Positions 57,601-64,000 of a stretch of DNA of 64,000 nt are shown here, piece by piece. This DNA comes from Patescibacteria group bacterium (lineage in GTDB: Bacteria > Patescibacteriota > Patescibacteriia > UBA10025 > JAHIVO01). The stretch lies in contig JBAZKE010000005.1 of NCBI GenBank assembly GCA_041650915.1, positions 11,310 to 75,309 of the forward strand, given 5' to 3'. Positions within the stretch are counted from its first letter, which is position 1. Every line of letters begins with the position of its first letter. Below the pieces are notes generated by a model, which saw nothing but the letters and a program-made list of their open reading frames with translations, was not told the origin of the DNA and did not search any database. The position numbers and the translations under genes were made by a program.

Positions 57601-60600
57601 GCGTATCGGGCGTGAACTGCACCAACGAGAACCCCTCGACCGCAACGGTTGTGAAGGACTCGACCACAACCTGCACGTTCACCAATACGCGCAACACAAC
57701 GAAAATCTACTTTGATAAAGTCGTCTTGGGCGGCGGCCCCGGCGTTGACGCTGACTGGGAATTCACCGTCGGCGGTCAGGCCGGCACGTACAATGACGGC
57801 GACTACATCGTACTCCCGACCAACACGGGTCCGTACGCGGTCACGGAGGCATCCCAATACGACGACCTCTATACCCTGACGCACGCGTGGGGAGCCTGTT
57901 CGCTCGACGACGGCAGCATCGTGCTGAACGTCGGCAACGGCGAAAGCACCTGCTATGTCAAAAACACGAGAAACACCGGCTCGCTCCGCATCAAGAAATT
58001 CCTGGACAAGAACGCGAATGGAGAATGGGAATCCGGGCATCCGCACTACGAACCGCTTCTGACCGGATGGGAATTCACGGTTAAGCAGGGTGACCAGGTT
58101 GTCGGCACCTACACCACCGGATCGAATCCTGGCGGCCTCTCATGGATCGTCATTCCAAACCTGCCGACCGGCGAGTATACGATTACCGAAACGCTCAAGA
58201 GCGGATGGACCAATACGACCGAGCTCACGCAGAGCGCGATAGTAACCACGGGTGAAACAACGCGTTACTTCGGCAACTTCGAGAACGTCGACATCAAGGT
58301 AATCAAGTACATGGATACTGACGGCAGCAATGCCACGACCGGTGACCGCACGCCAGAACAGAACTGGACCGTCCAGCTGTGGAAGGGCGCGGTACAGGTT
58401 GGCACTGACCAGCTGACCGGCGGAGACGGTTCCTACACCTGGACCGACCTCGGCCCGGGCACGTACACCGTTAAAGAGCTGTTCGACGTGAACGAGTACA
58501 CTGCAATTTCAGCGACCGAATATACCTTCACGGTCAGCTCAGGCACGGACGTCACCAAGAAATTCGTCAACTTCGAGAACGTCGATGTCACAGTTTGCAA
58601 ATACATTGACGTGAACGGTGACGGCAGCATCGCAAATGATCCTGTCTATACGAACGGATGGACTGTCTACCTGAACCGGACTGAAGCAACGACCGGCGAA
58701 AACGGATGCTACACCTACGAGAACCTCGGCCCTGGCGCATACAACGTGTCAGAGGGCAGCAAAGAAGGCTGGACACAGACCTATCCCGCATCGGGCGACT
58801 ACAACTTCAACGCATCATCCGGCGTGGACATGACCTACAACTTCGGCAATTTCAAGCTCGGCTTTATCTCGGGCTACAAGTTTAACGACCTCAATGGAAA
58901 CAGCGTCTGGAACGATGGCGAACCCGGCATCCCAAGCTGGAAAATCATGCTGGACAACGGCAGTGTCAGGTACACGGACAGCAATGGCTACTACTCATTC
59001 ACCGGCCTCGCTGCCGGCACGTACGTCGTGTCCGAGAAAAACCCCTACGGCTGGACTCAAACCTACCCGGCTGATCCCGGCACTCACACCGTCAATATTC
59101 AATCAGGAACGATTGACGAGAGCAACGACTTTGGCAACTTTGACAACATCGATGTTACCGTCTGCAAGTACGTCGATGCCAATGGCGATGGTTTCCTGAC
59201 TGACGAACAGCCATACATGGGTTGGAACGTATATCTTGGCGACAACATGCAGGTAACCGGAGAAAACGGCTGCTACACCTACGCCAATGTCGGTCCTGGC
59301 AATTATGACGTTACTGAAGATACCAGCGTTGCAGGATGGGTGCAGACCTATCCGGCAGAAGGCAGCTATAACTTTGACGCGGTTTCGGGCGAAGACCGGA
59401 CGTTCAACTTCGGCAACTTTGAAACGCCGCACCTGACCGTCATCAAGCACGTGATCAATGACAACGGCGGCACGGCAGTCGCGTCTGACTTCACCATGAA
59501 CGTGACCGGAACCAACGTATCTGACGATTCATTCGATGGAACTGAAGCTCCTGGTGTTACGGTGGATCTGGATGCCGGCGACTATAGCGTGGATGAGATC
59601 GAACTGGCCGGCTATGCCAAGACGCTCGGCGCTGACTGCTCCGGATCCGTCTTGAGCGGCGACCACAAAACCTGCACCATCACGAATGACGACATCACCG
59701 CACATCTGACGCTCGAAAAATTTGTTACCAATGATAATGGCGGCGACAGCGTTCCTGCTGACTGGAATCTCAGCGCAACCGGAACAGCAACTCCCCTTTC
59801 TGACTTCGGTTATGCCGATGGGGACGTTGATGCGGGCGTCTACACGCTTTCTGAATTGGGTCCTGACGGATACGACGCAACAGACTGGAGCTGCGAGGGC
59901 GGAATACTTGAGGGCAATACCATTACTCTTGCTCTCGGCGAATCAGCGTATTGCTCAATCTCAAACGACGACATCGCACCGAAGCTGAAACTCGTGAAAA
60001 CCGTTACCAATGATGACGGCGGTACGCTCGAAGTATCCGACTTCCCGCTCTTCATCAACAGTGGCGAGGTAACGAACGGCGAATGGAATACGCTCGTAGC
60101 GAACGTACTCTACACTGCGACGGAAACTGAAAATTCTGGATACGTAGCGTCCGTCTGGACCGGCGACTGTGCCGAGGACGGTACGATTACCCTGCAGCCG
60201 GGCGACGAGAAAACCTGCTACCTGACCAATGACGATATTCCAGGCCGCATCGATGGCTTTAAGCTCGATATGCACGAAAACCCGCTCAACGGCTGGATGA
60301 TCTGTCTCGTACCTGAGACCGGTGAGCAGGCACAGCCCTCGGACACCCGTGGGGAAGTACCTGAAGCAAACTGCGTGGTAACAGGCGACGGTGAATGGGA
60401 AGACGGTTATTACGCATTTGAAAACGTCCCTGCCGGCACCTATACACTCTATGAAATGCAGCAGTATGGCTGGACTCCGGTTGATCCCGATACGGGCGGC
60501 TACACGGGCGTACTAGTCGAACTTAATACGACCACCAGCAGAAACTTCATGAACCGCTTGAACGAATTCGCAGTGGACATCGAAAAGCTCGCACCAGAAA

Positions 60601-62186
60601 CCGTGGTAGCAGGCGGCCAGATGACCTACACGCTCAACTGGGCGATCACCGGCAATACTGACGTATTCAATGCGGTTGTTACAGACGTGCTGCCGGCAAA
60701 CACGACGTTCGTTTCATCGCCGGACGGTACCTATGACGAGGCTACGAACACCATCACCTGGGACCTCGGAACCGTAACGCCCGATGATTCTGGCACCGTT
60801 ACCTTCATTGTTAAGACAGCTTCGCCGCTCGATAACGGAACTGTTATCGAAAATACCGGCGAGGTATGCGGTACGGGCTATATCGTACCTGAAGGCGAGA
60901 CCGAACTCTTCGATGAGAAGGGCGTGACCAAGTGCGATTCGAGCACGACAACCACAACCGTTGAATCGGAGCCGATACTCGGCATTGAGAAGGTCAACGA
61001 CCGGCCAATTGCGAATCCGGGAGACACGGTCAACTATACCGTCTCCTGGTCGGTGGATGGCAACTCGCAGGCGACTAACGTAACCCTCGTCGATACGATT
61101 CCCGTTGAACTCACGGTCGATACCGCATCCATCAGCGATGGTGGAGCATACGACGCCTCCGCGCGCACCATCACGTGGGACCTGGGCACCCGGGTACCGC
61201 ACGCAGAAGGGTTCGTCACCTACTCCGGTAGCGTGGCTTCACCGCTCGCGGACGGCACAACCTTCGTGAACGTCGCCAAGATAACAAGCACTGAAACCGA
61301 TCCGAAATTCTGGGAAGCGCAGTCAGAGGTGCTCGTACAGGCTGGCCCGATTCTGACCATCGACAAGGTGGTTGACGCAACATTCGTCAATCCCGGCGGC
61401 ACAGTGACCTACACGGTCACGGTAGCAAACGTCGGTAACGATACGGCGTACAATGTTGAGCTTACCGACCTCCTGCCAGCCGGATTTACGTTCGTAGACT
61501 ACGCAACCGCGACACATACGTACAGCCTCGGCGACATGGCGGCCGGTGACGAAATCACCACGACGTACAAGGTGGCGGTCGGCACGAGTGTCACGGCAGG
61601 CAACTACGACAATCTCGCGACCGCATCGGCGGACAACCACGGCAACATATCGGACGATGCGACCGTCGAAGTCCGCATCCCGCAGGTACTTGCCGAAGAA
61701 GCGTATCCGAACCTGCAGCTCGTCAAGACTGTCGACAAGGAATTCATCAACCAGGGCCAGTCCGTCACATACACGCTCACGGTGTCAAACACCGGTGACG
61801 CATCGGCGCTCGCCGTCGCGGTCAACGTGCACGTGCAAGACGTGCTGCCCGCAGGCTTCACGTTTGAGGACGGCGAGGTAACCAAGGTCTGGACGCTCGG
61901 AGACATCAAGGAAGGCGAATCGAAGACGATCACCTACACCGCGATCTCCGACAAGACCATCCTCCCCGGCACGTACGAGAACCTGGCTGTCGCGTGGGCG
62001 GACAACAACGACCGCGTCACCGACTCGGTTGACGTCGAGGTGCGTGAAATCATCGTACTCGGCGAAGCGCTCCCGACCACCGGCGGCGGATTCATGAATA
62101 TCCTGTACGGTTTCGCGGCAATCCTCGTACTCGCCTTCTCGGCGTACGTGCTGCGGCTCACCGCCTCGCGCGGAAGGACTGAGTAA
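54636..62186 (+). CDS. giant (2516 aa) LPXTG-anchored surface protein with DUF11-type repeats, three Cys-rich repeats and about 12 Cna-B/prealbumin-like domains
   Basis: Signal peptide (...TPSTAQA). DUF11-like repeats (GDTLLYTLNFENTG, GQMTYTLNWAITGN, GGTVTYTVTVANVGN...). Three CGDGIKQ.PNDAG..EECDG...C..EC Cys-rich repeats. Repeated GWT/GYxxxxxxC Cna-B-like domains. C-terminal LPTTGGG + a 20-aa hydrophobic segment + RLTASRGRTE. Confidence 0.85.
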   Translation: MRSTKSKSMIINLIPKRKVLQTTYKTLHFVAGLAMVFNMSMLGTFLTPSTAQAITTYCPASGNPLYMWDRTPSTGWSHGNISGYFEGEYIPVQLALDGLTAGVSTTIRVQHEYIRYGVVGIERLDHVNAPVEPGVTYNADRLNFTMSAPTTIGSNPSSKRYVLTFTPTGTTASLYFDALLGPHAHLYNGSSLHVSLSDCGSKDVPINVNQILYHNLTVSKSDNPDPILINTNTTYTITATSNSKTDGGEKNFTVTDTLPAGMEYVNGSATPTPTSVNGQVITWNFGTVADGTIKTITFQAKGISVGTHTNSVSLTADGATPVTDTEPTTVIGQCELTITKTVNKETAVPGDTLLYTLNFENTGTSNCTGGGVRIDDVMPTGTTYVANSASGSDGSKITNTNDPGSDGTHFGYMSGKFGANNPGFNGTMLSWNAHVLSPNESGTVTFQATVNPIDYCTEKDITNKGKIYSNEFPSGINSNEVTTLVTSPCTYCGDDIKQSPNDAGQYEECDGTDGVGPHQSCTTECTLTNLTYCGDGIKQTPNDAGENEECDGTDGTPDHYTCSAECTLEYIPYCGDGIVNQTSEQCDDGNTVDTDGCNNQCQIQTCDLVITKSVNKQNALPGDTLTYTLEYQNDGSMICTGTGVKIYDPLDARLAYVAGSKAVTIHNDGEGDGYSPTEGSNYNGHGDNLLFNVRRVSPGESGTVTFDVTVNGSFDCGHTVVPNKGKIWSDQTGYIWSNEVTTDIYKACYGSLKVIKYVDTGNATPDQWSFTVGDTTLSPASGDNYVVFNNLYMGEYTATESELAGYHQVSTTCTDVQVNPDEMAVCEFHNAHDTGELTINKALDTDGDEQIDETNPAGWTYDIDPGNQNYAMGTTQTVFTGTYTVYEDQQTNYHSLGWVCTDGTSGTGEQLTVNVTTDNVACTFTNSRDTGDLKIIKQDGNQQRMENVEFDIDGQTYYTDANGEIYVSGVETGDYLATETEPANYSFASVSGVNCTNENPSTATVVKDSTTTCTFTNTRNTTKIYFDKVVLGGGPGVDADWEFTVGGQAGTYNDGDYIVLPTNTGPYAVTEASQYDDLYTLTHAWGACSLDDGSIVLNVGNGESTCYVKNTRNTGSLRIKKFLDKNANGEWESGHPHYEPLLTGWEFTVKQGDQVVGTYTTGSNPGGLSWIVIPNLPTGEYTITETLKSGWTNTTELTQSAIVTTGETTRYFGNFENVDIKVIKYMDTDGSNATTGDRTPEQNWTVQLWKGAVQVGTDQLTGGDGSYTWTDLGPGTYTVKELFDVNEYTAISATEYTFTVSSGTDVTKKFVNFENVDVTVCKYIDVNGDGSIANDPVYTNGWTVYLNRTEATTGENGCYTYENLGPGAYNVSEGSKEGWTQTYPASGDYNFNASSGVDMTYNFGNFKLGFISGYKFNDLNGNSVWNDGEPGIPSWKIMLDNGSVRYTDSNGYYSFTGLAAGTYVVSEKNPYGWTQTYPADPGTHTVNIQSGTIDESNDFGNFDNIDVTVCKYVDANGDGFLTDEQPYMGWNVYLGDNMQVTGENGCYTYANVGPGNYDVTEDTSVAGWVQTYPAEGSYNFDAVSGEDRTFNFGNFETPHLTVIKHVINDNGGTAVASDFTMNVTGTNVSDDSFDGTEAPGVTVDLDAGDYSVDEIELAGYAKTLGADCSGSVLSGDHKTCTITNDDITAHLTLEKFVTNDNGGDSVPADWNLSATGTATPLSDFGYADGDVDAGVYTLSELGPDGYDATDWSCEGGILEGNTITLALGESAYCSISNDDIAPKLKLVKTVTNDDGGTLEVSDFPLFINSGEVTNGEWNTLVANVLYTATETENSGYVASVWTGDCAEDGTITLQPGDEKTCYLTNDDIPGRIDGFKLDMHENPLNGWMICLVPETGEQAQPSDTRGEVPEANCVVTGDGEWEDGYYAFENVPAGTYTLYEMQQYGWTPVDPDTGGYTGVLVELNTTTSRNFMNRLNEFAVDIEKLAPETVVAGGQMTYTLNWAITGNTDVFNAVVTDVLPANTTFVSSPDGTYDEATNTITWDLGTVTPDDSGTVTFIVKTASPLDNGTVIENTGEVCGTGYIVPEGETELFDEKGVTKCDSSTTTTTVESEPILGIEKVNDRPIANPGDTVNYTVSWSVDGNSQATNVTLVDTIPVELTVDTASISDGGAYDASARTITWDLGTRVPHAEGFVTYSGSVASPLADGTTFVNVAKITSTETDPKFWEAQSEVLVQAGPILTIDKVVDATFVNPGGTVTYTVTVANVGNDTAYNVELTDLLPAGFTFVDYATATHTYSLGDMAAGDEITTTYKVAVGTSVTAGNYDNLATASADNHGNISDDATVEVRIPQVLAEEAYPNLQLVKTVDKEFINQGQSVTYTLTVSNTGDASALAVAVNVHVQDVLPAGFTFEDGEVTKVWTLGDIKEGESKTITYTAISDKTILPGTYENLAVAWADNNDRVTDSVDVEVREIIVLGEALPTTGGGFMNILYGFAAILVLAFSAYVLRLTASRGRTE

Positions 62187-62428
62187 CCGTTTCTCACAGC
62201 AAATCGATTGAAATAAACAAGGCGCTTGGACCGTTCCAGGCGCCTTGTTGCTTGCCAGCGCCGACTTCGCTAGTTGACAATGCTGAGCCAAAGGACAATC
62301 AGCACCCGACGATCCTGGGCGTCGAATTGCCGGTTACCGGCGCCGTCTTCTACGGCTTGCTGCTGGGCGCCATCGTACTTGCACTGGTTGCAATCGTGTA
62401 CTGGCGGCACCATAAAACAAAATACAAC

Positions 62429-62791
62429 CTATCCACTGATAATCTTCATTAATAGTTCTATTACACCAGCGATGTTTCGGTAAACATCCTGATTAGTGAC
62501 CCTCACAATCCGGATGCCGAACGACTCGATATATTTCTGGCGCTGTTTATCGTATTCAATTGCTTCCTTTGAGATATAATGCGACGGCCCGTCAACCTCA
62601 ATCCCAAGCCTGAGCCGGGGGCAATAAAAATCAAGCACATACCCGCCTACGCTGTATTGCCGGCGAAACTTATAGCCAGCCAGCTGCTTGTCTTTCAAAT
62701 AACGCCACAGTACCACCTCCGCGCGTGGTGCACTGTTCCTGAGAGCCTGGCGCCGTTGCTTCATCGAGTGTGTGTTGTAGATGATTGTCAT
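62429..62791 (-). CDS. DUF559 endonuclease-domain protein (Vsr-like fold)
   Basis: 120 aa. GYKFRRQYSVGGYVLDFYCPRLRLGIEVDGPSHY matches the DUF559 core. Confidence 0.75.
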   Translation of the reverse strand: MTIIYNTHSMKQRRQALRNSAPRAEVVLWRYLKDKQLAGYKFRRQYSVGGYVLDFYCPRLRLGIEVDGPSHYISKEAIEYDKQRQKYIESFGIRIVRVTNQDVYRNIAGVIELLMKIISG

Positions 62792-62848
62792 AGTGGTACT
62801 AACTTCTCCTCCCCTTTCAATTAAATTAAGTCCGCATTTTTACGTTTG

Positions 62849-63105
62849 TGCTCTTCCCCTCCTCAGTTGAGGAGGGGAAAACGTGACAAGTATGCCATAC
62901 CACGACGTTCGTAGAGAGGTGGTGGGGTCCTCTTCCCCTCCTCATAAAGAGGAGGTGCCTGAGGAGGGGAAAAAGCGATACGCCCGCCTTACCTGAACGT
63001 TGGTAGAGGGGTGGTGGTCCCCTTCCCCTCCTCATAAAGAGGAGGTGCCTGAGGAGGGGAAAAAGCGATACGCCCGCCTTACCTGAACGTTGGTAGAGGG
63101 GTGGT
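62849..63105. repeat. three tandem ~90-bp repeat units, each carrying a perfect 12-bp inverted repeat ttcccctcctca / tgaggaggggaa
   Basis: Units at ~62849..62925 (variant), 62926..63015 and 63016..63105. The latter two are near-identical. The track ORF 62826..63194 merely translates them. Confidence 0.8.
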
Positions 63106-63496
63106 CGTATCACACCCCCAAACGCATGTCCAAACAACCTCCCGCTCATGGGAAGGTCTGTTTCTATACTACTATTTTTCAGCCGGGCGCGCAATCATTT
63201 TTTCAGCGCTTCTTCGTTTGGCAAGCCGCAAGCTTTACCATCACGGGCGCTGAAACCCGCGATGGTTCGAGGGTGTGGCGGCGTTTCAATCTCCTCCGAA
63301 CGCAGGTGTCCCCGCCCGCGTTCACGTCCGTACGGTATACCAGCAGATGCATGGGAAAGCCTATCCTCATAGTAACCGCGCGATATCCAATTGGGTGACT
63401 TCCGCCCTCCGGGACGTTCCGATCTGCCGCCCATCTACCGCCCAATGCAAAATCCTGGAGCCGGCGGTTAAAAATCCGGCTGCATAGTTCTCCACT

Positions 63497-63525
63497 TGAC
63501 AACAATTACCACGTTTTATATAATC
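63497..63525 (+). promoter_or_regulatory. consensus sigma70 promoter TTGACA-17-TATAAT
   Basis: cacTTGACAacaattaccacgttttaTATAATcaacc, about 120 bp upstream of the partial CDS at 63646. Confidence 0.5.
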
Positions 63526-63645
63526 AACCGATTTATGATATAATAAGCCCTGCTCCCAAAAACAACGATTTCCATATATTAGCCCGCAAAAACAAAGCCA
63601 ATAAACTATATTAATAAAGGTACCTAGGAATAAGGAAAAAACTTA

Positions 63646-64000
63646 TGCACAATGTATCAACAAAAAAGGGCTTTTCTGCCCTGCCAGTTCTCATCTCAGT
63701 GGCTGCGGTTGCGTTAGCAGCAGCGTTCTTTTTGCTAGCTCCGCAACAGGCGGATGCGGCTACCGGAGTCAACTGGATAAAAGTGAATGACATGGGAGCG
63801 GTCCACGTGGCTCCAAATACTGAAGTGACAGTTAAGGTTAATGTTTCAACTTCTGGTATGTTTGAAAATGATGACTGGAAATCGACCGAATATAAAATCG
63901 AAGGCGGATCCTGGATTTGCGTAAACACAGCAGACCATACCAGTGACGGAACATATACAGAAAGTTTTTCCGTGAATGCACCTGCGTCAGCCGGTACTTA
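63646..64000 (+). CDS. secreted protein, N-terminal part (open to the right edge of the window)
   Basis: An ATG at 63646 preceded by aaggaaaaaactt. MHNVSTKKGFSALPVLISVAAVALAAAFFLLAPQQADAATGVNW... is a clear signal peptide. No stop before the window end. Confidence 0.5.

Noticed and set aside
55317-61933. Numerous antisense or alternate-frame ORFs inside the 2516-aa gene and other large genes (e.g. 56908..57375, 57591..58046, 60714..61202, 61785..62291, 33256..33774, 34764..35420, 12753..13076)
   Set aside because: They are embedded in long, internally consistent, domain-rich reading frames on the opposite strand or frame. They are typical spurious ORFs of GC-rich coding DNA.
62826-63194. ORF 62826..63194 (-) with duplicated peptide RGRGPPPLYQRSGKAGVSLFPLLRHLLFMRR
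   Set aside because: It is a translation of the tandem palindromic 90-bp repeat units. The internal duplication and the hairpins argue for noncoding repeat DNA.
1-64000. tRNA, rRNA and tmRNA genes
   Set aside because: I found no cloverleaf-like GGTTCGA(A/T)TCC T-loop contexts, 16S/23S signature blocks, or tmRNA tag-peptide-like reading frames by eye. tRNAscan, barrnap and Infernal would settle this.

Overview
This 64 kb window looks like a metagenomic contig from an uncultured bacterium, roughly 50-55% GC, with most genes on the minus strand. Recognisable housekeeping genes are few: a glycolytic operon (pgk-eno-gpmI, with gpmI running off the left edge), a truncated dcw cluster (mraZ-rsmH-ftsL-ftsI-murF), rplJ-rplL, pyrH, mltG, pcm, lexA and tsaB. 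Everything else is accessory. (1) A group-3b-like (sulfhydrogenase-type) NiFe hydrogenase is split into beta-gamma and delta-alpha halves by a 4.3 kb insert, and is accompanied by hypC and a Zn-finger-less HypA-like ORF. (2) A secreted cell-wall-hydrolase arsenal comprises two CHAP-domain giants and an M23 peptidase. Three proteins carry a T9SS-type C-terminal sorting domain, and each hydrolase is paired with a small membrane-anchored N/T-rich paralog (four copies in the window). (3) The most novel-looking unit is a tight operon of a LuxI/FeeM-like N-acyltransferase, a PaaK/F390-synthetase-like adenylating enzyme, a SAM methyltransferase and a 959-aa multi-TM GAF histidine kinase. Two further paralogs of this sensor (multi-TM + GAF) lack any kinase output. 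(4) Two duplicated GIY-YIG nuclease modules are embedded in palindromic repeat arrays. (5) A 2516-aa LPXTG-anchored adhesin carries DUF11-like, Cna-B-like and Cys-rich repeats. Several exact repeats could drive rearrangement: a ~200 bp inverted repeat 23 kb apart, an 82 bp direct repeat shared by two hydrolase genes, and tandem 90-bp palindromic units. No CRISPR array, rRNA or tRNA was recognised.
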